The notes: generated from the sequence alone by a model not told the origin. DNA of 64,000 bases from Eledone cirrhosa (GCA_964016885.1 OZ024741.1:76694001-76758000), one strand, 5' to 3'; counted from the stretch's first letter, positions 26,984 to 40,301 are shown. Translations and numbers: made by a program.

Positions 26984-29834
26984 TACGTAGTTTAGAAAGC
27001 CACAACAATGCAGAGGGAAATCTCGAGGTAGGAAGTGAATGATAGATAGGAAAATAGGAGAAAGTGAAAATTGAGAGACAAAGATGAAAACAAAACAAAG
27101 GTAGAAGGGTTACCGTAGTGGAGATTTAATCCCAATATTTCGGGCTCACGCCCATCAACGGGGGAAAGTTCCAAAAGGGGGGGGGGGAACAGGCTAAACC
27201 GGAGAAAGTTGTGATGTCGTTAAAACAGGAATGCCGTTATGGGGAGAAAATTTTTTAAAATTTAAATGAGGGAAAGAATGCGCGTGCGCGTGATAGGCTG
27301 TGGCAAAAGCTACTGACCAAAGGGGTTAAATCAAGAGGGTGCGCTAGCGTGTGAAAGCCGTAAAATATGTGTGTGTAAATATATATGTGTGTGTAACTGT
27401 GTGTGTATATGTGTAAGTGTGTATATGTGTGTGTGTGTGTGTGAAAGATAGTGGGCTGTAGAAGCTGGAAATCAAAGGGTGTGAAAGGTGGTAGGTTGTA
27501 AAACAGGTGTGCGTGTATAAATATAGATGTGTGTGTGTATGCGTATGGGTATATATGTGTGTGTAACTGTGTGTGTATATGTGTGAGTGCGTGTGTGTGT
27601 GAAAGATAGTGGGCTGTAGAAGCTGGAAATCAAAGGGTGTGAAAGGTGGTAGGTTGTAAAAACATGTGTGCGTGTATAAATATAGATGTGTGTGTGTATG
27701 CGTATGGGTATGCATATACGTGCGTGTGTGTGAAAATAGCAGGCCGTAAGGGCTGTGAATGGTCACTATGGTTAAGTTAGCCATGTCAGCTCATTTCTCT
27801 CAGCCCGGTTGTGAAGTGGGGGTCTGAGGTTCTTAATAACAAGTGCTTCCTTTATCCTTAAGGATCCGATGCTGCGTTCAGTCGCTAGGACTGTGACCAA
27901 GGGTCTACCCTGTGGGTTTCCGCATTTAAGGATGTGTTTACGGAAGGAAGATGCGTTGGTGTTGATATGTTCCTTGATACGAACATGTAGGGGTCGGATG
28001 GTGCTACCTATGTAAAACTTGTTACATTTATCGCATTGAATCTTATATACGACATAGGTGCGTAGGCAATCTGCCCCCCGTATCGGGCAGTTGCTGAGGG
28101 AACACGTCCCATCTGACTCGTCGGGTTTGTTGGAGAGGCATCTTCGCAGCGAAGGTCCTGTGTGGGCCAAATGTATGTCAAGTCCCTCCGTCCGTATGGC
28201 CCTGCGGATGGCGTTCGTGGTATATTCACTCAGGTGGGGGATTTTAAAGAAGCACCTGCTTTTATTTAAGTTTCTAGTGGGTGTCTGTCTATTGGGTCTG
28301 GGGTCTCTAATTCCGTTAATCAGTCGCTTGGGATATCCATTAGACTTGAGTAGATTACGGAATTGCGTGGTATGGGTGAGACCACCCATCGGGTCGCTGC
28401 ATCTGTTAGTGATCCGTGTCAGTTCATTTAGGACATAGCCTCTCTTAGCGTTGTTGGGGAGGGCTGAGTTGTAATGCACAAATAAGTCCTTGCACGCTGC
28501 TTTGCGGTAGAAGGTGGTGTTTATGTCTCCTTCTTCCGAGATGTTGATACGGAAGTCGAGGAGGGCGAGTGACCCGTCTTCTCCTGGGTGTTCGATGGTG
28601 AAATCGACGTGATGGTCAGTATCGTTGAAGATTTGGTGAATTTCATTCGCCATCTCCTGGGAAGAAGTAAGTATCAGTATGTCATCAACGTATCTGGAGT
28701 AGAAGGCGACGGCGTTGGGTTTGCAGGTATTGAGTGCCTTGCGTTCCAGGTGGTCCATGTACGAGATCGCAAGTATGCCGGACAGACTAGAGCCCATAGG
28801 TAGCCCAGAGATTTGTTTGTACGTGTGGCCGAGGAAATTGAAGAGTGCATTATCCACAACGAAGGAGAGGAGTTGGTGGATGTCCGTGTGTGTGAGTCCG
28901 AAGCAGTGTAAGTTAGATGCTTGGACTCGTTCGGTCAACAGGTCGACGGCTGGGGATGCTGGTACGGAGGTATAAAGGGCGACCACATCAAGACTGAAGG
29001 CATAACCGTTGTCCTTTCTGGTGTTGGGCGCCAGATGGTGTAGTCGCTCCAAGACCTCCTTTGAGCTGCAGACGTGGGCTGGTAGTGTGTAGAATAGGTT
29101 TCAGTAGTGTGGAGAGCAGCCACGATATTTTGTAGAGTGGGCCCTCCACGCTAGAGACAATGGGCCTGATTTTCAAATCGGGTCCTTGTTTATGTGTTTT
29201 AACCAGGTGGTAGAAGGTGGGTAGTTTGCTGTTTCGAGTCATTATGTTGTTTTTTACCTTCTTTGGCAGTTTTTGTTGGACACAGATGTTAGTCCATATG
29301 GTGTTAATGCCTTCCTCGATTAGAGTCGAGGAGGTCCCTGTGACTTTCGAGTAGAGGCTGTCATCATTAAGATGTTGGAGAGCTAAGTTGTTGTAGGTCT
29401 CTCTCGAGATGACACAGAATTCTTTCCCCTTGTCAGAGGGAAGGTACACAAGGTTCCTGGATCTTAGGTTGGTGAGAGTATTAAATTGTGCATTGGTGAG
29501 GTTGCGTTTATTGTGTATGTGTTGGGAAAGGATGTTAGAGATAGAATGTTTCAACCTGAGTAGTTTAGTGTCAAGTTCGTGGTTGGTGGGTGGGGGGTGG
29601 AGTGGGTTGTCGAGGTGGTACGTGGAGAGTGTGGGGTGGGTTGTGGGGTTGTAATCGATCTCGGTGTTGTTTTGGATGGCGGTTAGCCATTTCAGTTGAT
29701 ATGCTGTCCGACAGAAGTTGGTTTCGATGTCGAGTTTCAGTCTATCATCGAGACGCTGTGTAATGATGAACTTGGGTCCGAGGCGCAGAAGTTCGAGTTC
29801 GTCGTTGGTGAGGGTACCGGTTAGGTCGATATAT

Positions 29835-29835
<1 letters not shown>
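26984..29835 (-). mobile_element. Penelope-like retroelement, 5'-truncated; RT + GIY-YIG endonuclease, one frameshift near 29050-29090, 3' pseudo-LTR at about 26984-27240
   Basis: SDKG, IRPIVS, SLDV.ALYTSVP, QISGLPMGS, RYVDD, YKIQC..C..FYIGST.R.L..RIKEH; (TA)n on both sides; pLTR recurs at 39147-39660. Confidence 0.93.
27772..29052 (-). pseudogene. Penelope RT/GIY-YIG ORF, C-terminal segment; the N-terminal segment is in another frame at 28988 to about 29830
   Basis: The 426-aa and 188-aa ORFs of the track join by a frameshift. Confidence 0.88.
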
Positions 29836-29895
<60 letters not shown>

Positions 29896-30036
29896 CAGGA
29901 TGGATTTAGTTAGAAACTGGTTAGACCATTACTCACCAGAGTACTCGATACTTGGGGTAGTAGAGTATGGTTATATAAATGAATCTGGAACTAGCTGCTG
30001 AAACAGCGAGAGCTCAACCATTGGGGTCCTGACTCA

Positions 30037-30083
<47 letters not shown>

Positions 30084-30190
30084 TTTCGTTGACAAATATA
30101 TCAATATGCCCAGACATGCAGATATATTGCCCTTGGTATGACAGTGTGGTTTTAGCTCAATGTAGGATAACTAGTATACTACAGAGGCGT

Positions 30191-30687
30191 TATAGTTATA
30201 GGAATAACCAAAGAGTGCTTAGAAATACATTGTTTTATTAGCTAACAGTGTTTCATCCATACCCCATGGCAGGAATCATCAAAGCCTATAAACAAGAGTA
30301 TATTAATAGTTGCATGCTCCATCGAGCTGCATCACCAGAACAAGGTTAAAGGACCAGTAGGGGGGTCCCGAGGCCAGCGCTATATGGAGATGTAAATGAA
30401 AAATCCCACATCGGTAGCCTGATCCACATATCATTGAGTGCTCAAACTAGTGAACCATCAGTAACAGAATGTTACATATCAATACACAATATATATATAT
30501 ATATAGCGCTGGCCTCGGGACCCCCCTGCTGGTCTTTTAACCTTGTTCTGGTGACGCAGCTCGATGGAGCATGCAACTATTGACATACTCTTGTTTATAG
30601 GCTCTGATGATTCTTGCCATGGGGTATGGATGGATCACTGTTAGCTAATAAAACAATGTATTTCTAAGCACTCTTTGGTTATTCCTA

Positions 30688-30745
<58 letters not shown>

Positions 30746-30843
30746 GTATTGATATGTAACATTCTGTTACTGATGGTTCACCAGTTTGAGCACTCAATGA
30801 TACGTGGATCAGGCTACCGATGTGGGATTTTTCGTTTACATCT
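30191..30843. repeat. A-B-(TA)n-A'-(TA)n-B' inverted duplication
   Basis: A 30191-30385 / A' 30501-30695; B 30388-30493 / B' 30738-30843. Confidence 0.88.
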
Positions 30844-30873
30844 TCATTAGTTTCGGTATCCGTAACAAGCAGT

Positions 30874-30920
<47 letters not shown>

Positions 30921-30922
<2 letters not shown>

Positions 30923-31640
30923 GGCTGCGCAGGAGCAGGCCCTCAAAACGAAGTGGTTGAAACACCATATTTACAAGGAGGAGGCTAGCCCACTGTGCAG
31001 GATCTGTGGAGAGAGAGAGGAGACTGTGGCTCACATTGTATCCGAGTGTAAACACCTAGCCCAGACCCACTATAAGGGCTGGAGACATGATGTGATGGGC
31101 AGGGTGATCCACTGGCACCTGTGCAAGGTAAACAATTTACCACATTCTGAGAAATGGTATGAGCATAAGCCAGAGGCGGTGATGGAGAACGATCAGGTGA
31201 AGGTGCTGTGGGATTTTAGGATACAGACGGACAAGAAACTGGAACACAATAGACCTGACCTGGTGGTTGTGGACAAAGAAAAAAGATTGTGTCTGATTGT
31301 GGATGTGGCCTGCCCATTCGAGACGAGAGTGCAAGAGAAGGAGAGGGAGAAAATTAACCGATACCAGGACTTAAAGTGGGAGGTAAAAAGGATTTGGAAC
31401 TGCCATGAAGTCAAAGTGATCCCGATTGTCATAGGCGCACTGGGGACTATCTCCAAAAGTTTCCAGGGATGGTTAAAGAAAATCGGCCCCTTCACACTTT
31501 TTGGAACGCTTCAAAAGGCATGCTTGCTGGGAACAGCAAGAACCTTCCGATACGTCCTGAATATCTGAGGCTGCAGGTAGTGGCTTGATATTCATTCCAA
31601 CGGACTTTCCGGTTAACTAACATCAATGACTGAGACTCAA
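30921..31640 (+). mobile_element. R4/Dong-like non-LTR retrotransposon, short 5'-truncated copy (CCHC knuckle + RLE)
   Basis: CRIC..HIVSEC, RHD, RPDLVVVD, K..RYQDL motifs; begins directly after (AAT)n and ends in degenerate (AAT)n. Confidence 0.88.
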
Positions 31641-31679
31641 GGAGTAATAACAATGATAATAATAGTAATAATAATAAAA

Positions 31680-33690
31680 GCATTGTGTCTGAGGAAATCT
31701 ACCATCACCTACACACAAACAACTTGTTACCGGACGAACAGAAAGGATGCCGAAAGAAGTTCCGTGGTACAAAGGACCAGTTACTTATTGATAAGATGGT
31801 AATGAGGAATTGCAAGAGGAGACACACTGGTCTTGCCATGGGATGGATAAACTACAAAAAGGCATTTGACATGGTGCCTCATTCTTGGATCACCAAAAGC
31901 CTAGAGATCTTCAAGGTGGCAGATAATATCAGACAGTTGTTGAGCAAAAGTATGAAGTCCTGAAAAACAGAGTTAACATCAGCTGGAGAATCCTTGGGAG
32001 GCGTGAAGATCAAGAGAGGTATCTTCCAGGGAGATAGTCTGTCCCCTCTGTTGTTTGTCCTTGCCCTGATGCCCCTCACCATTATACTGCGAAAAGTGAG
32101 AGCAGGATACAAGTTGGGAAAGGGAGAGCTTACCATCAATCACCTCCTCTTCATGGACGATCTTAAGCTCTTTGGGAAGAGTGAGAAGGAGTTGGATGTG
32201 CTTGTTGACACTGTCCATATTTTCAGCAATGATATATGTATGCAATTTGGTATTAGTAAGTGTGGAGTCCTTGTGATGAAGAGGGGTAAATTGAGCAGAA
32301 GCAATGGAATCCAGGTACCAACAGGTGAGATGATAAAGGAAATTGACACTGAAGAAGGATACAAGTATTTGGGTATTCTGGAAGCTGATGACATGAAGAA
32401 CAAAAAAATGAAGGAATTGATAAGATCTGAATACATTCGGAGAGCAAGGAGCATATTAAAGTCACATCTGAATAGTAGGAATGCCATAAGTGCAGTAAAT
32501 TCTCGAGCTGTGTCTATTATTAGGTACAGTGCGGGAATTCTGAGATGGAATGTTGCTGAACAAAAAGAAATGGATAGGAAGACTAGGAAGTTATTGACTA
32601 ACTACAACATGTTCCACAAGAAGAGTGATGTCGATAGACTACTTAAGGAAATCTGAAGGTGGAAGAGGTCTTATCAGCATAGAGGAGTGTGTTTAGATGG
32701 AGAAAAACAACCTACACAAATACGTGACCGATAGTAAGGAGCCAATGCTCAGAATTGTACTGAAGGAGAGGACAATAGACCAGGGGATGTCCAAGGAGGA
32801 AATAACAACAAGGAGAAAGAGTAACCTTCATGAAAAATCCCTTCATAGTACCTTCTTTTAGAAAACGGAATTCAGAGACCCACAGACATGGAACTGGTTG
32901 AGAAGAGGAGACCTTAAAAGGGCTACAGAAGGAATGCTAATGACTGCGCAAGAGCAGGCTCTCAAAACGAAGTGGCTGAAACACCATATTTACAAGGATG
33001 AAGCTAGCCCACTGTGCAGGATCTGTGGAGAGAGAGAGGAGACTGTGGCTCACATTATATCCGAGTGTAAACACCTAGCCCAAACTCACTATAAAGGCTG
33101 GAGACATGATGTGATGGGCAGGGTGATCCACTGGCACCTATGCAAAGTAAACAATTTACCACATTCTGAGAAGTGGTATGAGCATAAGCCAGAGTCGGTG
33201 ATAGAAAACGATCAGGTGAAGGTGCTGTGGGATTTTAGGATACAGACGGACAAGAAACTGGAACACAATAGACCTGACCTGGTGGTTTTGGACAAGGAAA
33301 AAAGATCGTGCCTGATTGTGAATGTGGCCTGCCCATTCGACACGAGAGTGCAAGAGAAGGAGAGGGAGAAAATTAACCGATACCAGGACTTAAAGTGGGA
33401 GGTAAAAAGGATTTGGAACTGTGCCATGAAGTCAAAGTGGCCCCGGTTGTCATAGGTGCACTAGGTACTATCTCAAAAAGTTTCCAGAGATGGTTAAAGA
33501 AAATTGGCCCCGCCCCGCTTTTTGGAACACTTCAAAAGGCATGCTTGCTGGGAACAGCAAGAACCCTCCGATACGTCCTGAATATCTGAGGCTGCAGGTA
33601 GTGGCTTGATATTCATTTCAACAAACTTTCCAGTTAACTAACATCAATGACTGAGACTCAAAGAACAAAAATAATAATAATAATAATTGT
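31680..33690 (+). mobile_element. R4/Dong-like LINE, longer 5'-truncated copy (RT + CCHC + RLE), with stops and frameshifts
   Basis: [43 protein letters not shown]; 3' part nearly identical to 30921-31640; flanked by (AAT)n. Confidence 0.9.
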
Positions 33691-34718
33691 TTCTACTTTT
33701 GGCACAAGGCCAGCAATTACCCAGTGCATTACTGATACTTTATTTTATCGATCCCGTAAGGATGAAAGGCAAAGTTAACCTCGGCGAGATTTGAGCTTAA
33801 CTTTGCCTTTCATCCTTTTCTTTATTAACTATAAGGATTGACATAAAGTATAACATTAAGGACAGTACAGGACAGTACAAGTGGGCATTTAAAAAACAAA
33901 CACAAATAATAATAATAACTGTTTCTACTTTAGGCACAAGGCCAGCAATTACCCAGTGCATTACTGGTACTTTATTTTATCGACCCCGTAAGGATGAAAG
34001 GCAAAGTCAACCTCGGCGGGATTAATAATAATAACAACAATTAATTAGCTCAACGTATGATCAATAGTGATCAGTCCCAACTCTGGAATCAATAGCTCAT
34101 CAGAGTTGTGTGTTTGAGTGTGTGAATATGATTCTCTCAGTACAGTTGCATCCAAGCAATACTTTTTTCAGAAAGTATTTGAGAAAGTCAAATTTAGGCT
34201 ACTTAGGTGCAAAACTACAAATTGGAACACACACACACGCATGCATGCACACACACACACGCATACACACGCATACATACATACACTTTTATATATCAGG
34301 AATATATATATTGAAGACATGCGTTTGTTTGAGTTTAATCTTTTTTTTAAATGATATTCCCTTATTAGTCCTTCATGTTAAGTTCGGAACAATAGCATTC
34401 CAAAGTCTATTATAAATCCCATCTTCTGAATGAAGTGATGATAGTGGCATGTTGTTACTGTTTTTTGTTTTGTTTTTTGTGGCAGGCAGCAAAGTATCAT
34501 GTAAATGATGTTCTAATTTGTAAATCCATCATCACTGGATTTAAAATTGTTTAATGGTTAACTTTTGGTTACTTTTTATTGTATATTTCACATGTGGTGC
34601 ATCTGTGTGTTGATTTTTGTTTTTTATTTGGTTATTTAATAAAGCTTTCATAGTTATTCTTTTAACTATTTGACTGGAATTCTATATAGAATGGTAGTAA
34701 TGTAGTGTGGCTCTTTAA

Positions 34719-34939
34719 CCCTTCAGCATTTAAACCGGCTGTATCCGGCCAGAGTTCTCTCACCTCTTTCTGTTTAAATCGGCCATAAATGGCCACTCAT
34801 ACTGATGTTAAGGTATTGATCTCAAAATAAATAATATCAAAATCTCATAGATTCAATATTATGTGAGATAATTATGTGAAGTAAAGCCTTTACCTTGAAA
34901 ATACAATAGCATATATAGAGTAATGTAAATGCTAAAGGG
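34719..34939. mobile_element. piggyBac-type MITE
   Basis: TTAA|CCCTTCAGCATTTA...TAAATGCTAAAGGG|TTAA. Confidence 0.85.
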
Positions 34940-35300
34940 TTAAAGGAAAGATAAACCATTCTTTGCTGTTATTTGGTTGCTGACTAGGTCAGACACTGAT
35001 CAAAAACACTTTAGCCATGACTGTCTCATTTTCTATTCAGACATATGTATCTAAGATAAAAGAATATGATTTGAGGGAGATTTGACAACTATTTCTAACA
35101 GGTTGAGCTACTATGTACAAACAAATTGGTTCATTGACTCAGCAAACCTTTTGATCTTGTTTAGCTACATGCCAGCTGTGATTGAACAAACATGCAATGA
35201 AAGACATTCCAATGATAATTATGTCAGACTAGATTATTCACTATGTGCTTTCCCTTAATTCAGTAAGGTGTGATTTGGCTACTAGTCCTAATTGGGTCTA

Positions 35301-35646
35301 GCAATGACGTTCTCAAACGTTTTGGGCCACCCCCAACCCCCACGGCCACGTAATACCCTCAGTGACCCCCCCCCCCATTTCCAGAGAACTTGCCTACACA
35401 CAAATTGTAAATAATATATAATAAATAAAATTGCTAATTTATATATAATAAATAATATAATATATATTATGTATAAATAAATATTATATATTTTTTATTT
35501 TACTATATTTATATATAATATGTATTATTTGATATTTAATATACTATTATATCATCTCTACCACCCCAACCTCCATCACCCCCTTATGCCCTGGACCTTT
35601 TCAACAGCACCCCCTGGGGGGTAGGCCCATTTTGAGAACCTCCAGT
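35301..35646. mobile_element. Possible hAT (Charlie-like) MITE
   Basis: GTTCTCAAA / TTTGAGAAC inverted subtermini, GC-rich ends, AT-rich middle. Confidence 0.45.
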
Positions 35647-36266
35647 GTAGAGACTCTCTCATTGACACTGAAAACTATTTATTCTATTTATTATCAGCAG
35701 AGTTCTGCAACAACAGTTTTAATATTTCCAGACCATTAATCATATTCCTCTAATACATTAGAACATAAAATAGGAAATTAATAATCTGAAAATTTAACTG
35801 ATCTTTTGAAATAAAGATATGTTGTCATCATGAAGATCAACATTTTTATGCATGCTTTTTTCCACAAAAGCATGAGTTAGATGAGTATTTTTTGAAGCAG
35901 TATTCCATGACCAGATGCTCTTCCTGATGCCAACCCCTAGTTATTTCTACGTTTGATATTCATTCCACTGATTTTCACCCATCAAACTGCTAAGATGCAA
36001 GGCATATTGTTTTATTTGAGACATAAACAAATAGCCGCTGTATGTAAATATCATAACTGGTGGATAAAAATCTAGAAAATTATGTCTGACATTCTCATAT
36101 GGCTACAGAAATAGCTGTGACATGACCATAGCTTAAAACATTTTATAGCAAGACTCTTGCATGTTTATTATGCATTAGCATATCATATATGTCTTTAAAT
36201 ATACCACTATTATGAACCAAGCTGTGTTATGGCTACTGCTAATATATATACGAGTGTGTGTATGTA

Positions 36267-36297
<31 letters not shown>

Positions 36298-36333
<36 letters not shown>

Positions 36334-38591
36334 GTTTAACGTCCCTGTTCCACGCTTGCATGGGTTTGGACGGGGGTTTTCCCACTTGAGGCAAGAGTGG
36401 TTGTCTTGCTCGCATAGGACTGTCTGGCGGGTTTTCTACAGCTGGATGCCCTTCCTAACACCAACCACATTTACAGTGTGGGGCTGGGAGATTTTTACCG
36501 TGTTGCCTACACGGCCACATTACACGTGGACTGTCTGGCGTGTTTTCTACAGCTGGATGCCATTCCTAACACCAACCACATTTACAGTGTGGGACTGGGA
36601 GGTTATTACCGTGTTGCCTACACGGTCACATTACAGCGTGGACTGTGTGTTTTTTGTCGTGACACCTACACGATCTCGTTTGTTTCGGCCTGGATGTTGT
36701 GGCACCAACATAACTTTACATTGAAGGTGGCGGTGTGGATGGGGTGGGACGGGGGTGTATTTTGTTAGAGATGCCTACTGACTAGTAGGTTTTACTTTGT
36801 ATTTAGGTGAGGCGGGTCTTCTCTGTTACTGAGTACCGCCAAAGGTCTCGGTCCAGTGACATTGTCTTGGAGAGGTGTAAGTGTGTGAGGTCGGAATTTA
36901 TCAGCTCGTCCCAGGTTTTCCTGGGTCTGCCTACTCTGTGGCTACCATCTATCTTTATTGCCCTGCACTTTGTTATACAGCTGTCGTCTTTCATGCGCAT
37001 CACGTGACCATACCAACGTAGCCTTCTCTCGAGTAAACAACATCTGATCCCTCTTATTTTTAATTTTTTCCTTAGTTCGTTTATGCTTTGCCATTCACGT
37101 ATATTACTATTACACATCCAGCGGAGCATGCAAGCTTTGTTCCTCTCTAGTCTGCGTATATCCTCTGCACACAATGCCCAGGTCTCACTGCCATGCAACA
37201 TTGCTGTTCGTATGCAGGCATCATACAACCTGCCTTTCATTTTTAGGGAGAACCCTTTAGCGGCTAATAGTGGTATAAGCTCTCTGAACTTTTTCCATCC
37301 AGTTCTGACTCTAGCTACTGTACTTTCAGAGTACCCTCCCCCACTGCTGATTTTGTCACCCAGGTAACGGAAGCTGTCCACTATTTCTATAGAACCCTCT
37401 GCGCAATTGAAAGAGTTAGTATTTTGTGGGCACTTGCTGCTACTTATTGCACCAGAGAACCGGCCACATGTAAAATCTGTGTTCTTAGTCAACTTACCTG
37501 TGATCCCACTACATCTTTTATGCACCCATACTTTGCATTTGGGACATAAAATGGAGTTTCTACCTACGCCTTTCCTACACACTGAGCATCGCCATTTCCC
37601 GGAGGGGACCGGCGCCTTATTTTCTTTCCTACAAACTAGAACTTTAGTCTTAGCCAGGTTAATTTTAAGGCCTTTTGATTCTAGGCCGTGCTTCCATGTT
37701 TGGAATTTCTCCTCTAGCTCGGCCATTGATTCAGCTATGAGCGTTAGATCATCTGCGTATAGGAGTTCCCATGGGCAGCTGGTCTTGAACTCCTCTGTTA
37801 TAGCCTGAAGGGCAATAATAAATAGTAGGGGGCTAAGAACAGAGCCCTGATGGACACCAACTTTTATGCTAAACTCTTCACTATATTCGTTGTTAATTCT
37901 AACCTTGCTGACTGTTTCCCTATACATGGCTTGTATGGCTCTCACAAGCCATTCGTCAACACCTAGTTTTCTAAGAGCCCACCAGATAATGGAACGGGGG
38001 ACTCTGTCAAAGGCTTTCTCCAAGTCGACAAAAGCTAAGTATAGGGGTTTACTTTTAGCCAGGTACTTCTCCTGTAGTTGTCGTACAATGAAAAGAGCAT
38101 CTGTGGTACTTTTGCCTGACACAAACCCGAACTGCATTTCATCTAGGTCAATTCTCTCTCTGATTTAGTTGCACTATTACTTTTTCCGTGACCTTCATGA
38201 CCTGGTCGATTAATTTAATGCCTCTATAGTTACTCCTATCTAGGGCGTCTCCTTTACCCTTGTAACAGTTAACGATGATGCTGCTACGCCAGTCCTTCGA
38301 AACAACCCCGTTCTGTATGACTTGGTTTACTATCCGGGTGACCATGGTGTGTCCCACCGTACCGGAGGCTTTCAGCATCTCAGCAACTATTTCCGAAGGC
38401 CCAGCCGCCTTACCCGTCTTCATATCTTTGATTGCCTTACTTATTATACTACCTTCGACTAACACTGCTGGTCCCTCTATTGGATCGATGTGGGGGAGAC
38501 TGTCTTTCTCCCACTTATTCTCCTCATTTAGTAGCCTTTCGTAGTGACACTTCCAAGCTACCTTCTTATCAGCGTCAGTGATGGCAAGTAC

Positions 38592-38598
<7 letters not shown>
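36298..38598 (-). mobile_element. RTE-clade LINE, 5'-truncated; RT ORF 36803-38598 with a frameshift near 38150; (GAT)n tail
   Basis: NYRGIKL, QFGF, DLEKAFDRVPR, GVHQGSVLSPLLF, LYADD, GRPRKTW; (TA)n at both ends. Confidence 0.93.
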
Positions 38599-38633
<35 letters not shown>

Positions 38634-38637
<4 letters not shown>

Positions 38638-39110
38638 TCATCATCATCATCATCATCAGGTTTAGTGTCCGTGTTCCACGCTTGCATGGGTTTGGACGGG
38701 GGTTTTCCCACTTGAGGCAAGAGTGGTTGTCTTGCTCACATAGGACTGTCTGGCGGGTTTTCTACAGTTGGATGCCCTTCCTAACACCAACCACATTTAC
38801 AGTGTGGGGCTGGGATGTTTTTACCGTGTTGCCTACACGGCCACATTTACAGCGTGGACTGTGTGTTTTTTGTCGTGACACCTACACGATCTCATTTGTT
38901 TCGGCCTGGATGTTGTGGGACCAACATAACTGTACATTGAAAGGGGCGGTGTGGATGGGGTGGAGGTGGTGGGACGGGGGGGTGTTTTGATAGAGATGCC
39001 TACTGACTGTAGTAGGTTTTTACTTTGTATTTAGGTAAGGCGGGTCTTCTCTATTACTGAGTACCGCCAAAGGTCTCGGTCCAGTGACATTGTCTTGGAG
39101 AGGTGTAAGC
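38634..39110 (-). mobile_element. Short 3' fragment of the same RTE family, in tandem
   Basis: Near-duplicate of 36298-36880, including the (GAT)n tail; flanked by TA repeats. Confidence 0.88.
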
Positions 39111-39146
39111 GTGTATATATATACGTAGTTGTAAGTGTATATATAT

Positions 39147-39660
39147 ATACGTAGTTAAGAAAGCCACAACAATGCAGAGGGGAATCTCGAGGTAGGAAGT
39201 GAATGATAGATAGGAGAAACAGGTGAAAGTGAAAATTGAGAGAGACAAAGATGAAAACAAAACAAAGGTAGAAGGGTTACCGTAGTGGAGATTTAATCCC
39301 AATATTTCGGGCTCACGCCCATCAACGGGGGAAAAGTTCCAAAAGGCGGGGAACAGGCCAAGCGGAGAAAGTTGTGATGTCGTTAAGACAGGAATGCCGT
39401 TAACGGCATTCCTGTCTTAACGACATCACAACTTTTGGAACTTTTCACCCCCCCCCCCCCGCTTTTGGAACTTTTCCCCCGTTGATGGGCGTGAGCCCGA
39501 AATATTGGGATTAAATCTCCACTACGGTAACCCTTCTACCTTTGTTTTGTTTTCATCTTTGTCTCTCTCAATTTTCACTTTCACCTGTTTCTCCTATCTA
39601 TCATTCACTTCCTACCTCGAGATTCCCCTCTGCATTGTTGTGGCTTTCTTAACTACGTAT
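39147..39660. mobile_element. Inverted pair of Penelope pLTRs (fold-back)
   Basis: Two copies of the 26984-27240 sequence, inverted about aatgccGTTAACggcatt near 39401. Confidence 0.88.
39475..39510 (+). ncRNA. Minimal hammerhead-like motif with variant core in a Penelope pLTR
   Basis: TCCC-CCGTTGA-T-GGGC GTGA GCCC-GAAATATT-GGGA; also present on the minus strand near 27130-27165 and 39297-39332. Confidence 0.55.
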
Positions 39661-39700
39661 TTTACACATTTCACAATGCTTCAAGCAAACTTTAACACCC

Positions 39701-39740
<40 letters not shown>

Positions 39741-39742
<2 letters not shown>

Positions 39743-40060
39743 AGGCACATGGCTTAGTGGTTAGAGCATAAAAGGTTGTGAGTTCAATTCTCAGACCGGG
39801 TGATGTGTTGTTTCCTTGAGCAAGACACTTTATTTCACATTGCTCCAGTTTACTCAGCTGTAGAAATGAGATGATAGGGACTGGGGTCCATATCATTCCA
39901 CTGCAAAGTGGTCGTGGAGGTGCCACGGCTAAAAAGCACCCAGCACTCACTGTAAATGAGGTTGGTGTTAGGAAGGGCATCCAGCTGTAGAAATCAACCC
40001 AGAATCAGTTCCCGTCCAACCCTTACAAGCAGGGAAAAGTGGATGTAAAATGATGATGAT
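39741..40060 (+). mobile_element. tRNA-headed CORE-like SINE with RTE-derived 3' tail
   Basis: A box tggcttagtggt, B-like gagttcaattc, core ccttgagcaagacactt; tail shared with RTE copies; set in (TA)n. Confidence 0.82.
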
Positions 40061-40248
40061 ATATATAGAGAGAGATAGAGAGTAAGGGGTTAATAGAACA
40101 GGGATGTGCGGATCACACCATGGTCTGTCAGTTGTGAAGCAGATAAAAAGAAGCATTCAACGACCTGTATAAATGGTACAAGACGGAGCATTATATATTA
40201 ATAAAATATCAGAGGTCATATACAGTTGATTCAGGATTATTTAAAACT

Positions 40249-40301
40249 CTGTTATACATATTTCACTGAGGACTATCAATTAGCCTGAGCTCTTCAGACG
40301 G
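40249..40301 (-). ncRNA. Hammerhead ribozyme, inverted copy
   Basis: Reverse complement reads CCGT-CTGAAGA-...-GAAA-TATGTA-TA-ACAG. Confidence 0.7.

Noticed and set aside
39741-39800. tRNA gene
   Set aside because: It has A/B boxes but no complete cloverleaf and continues into a SINE core.
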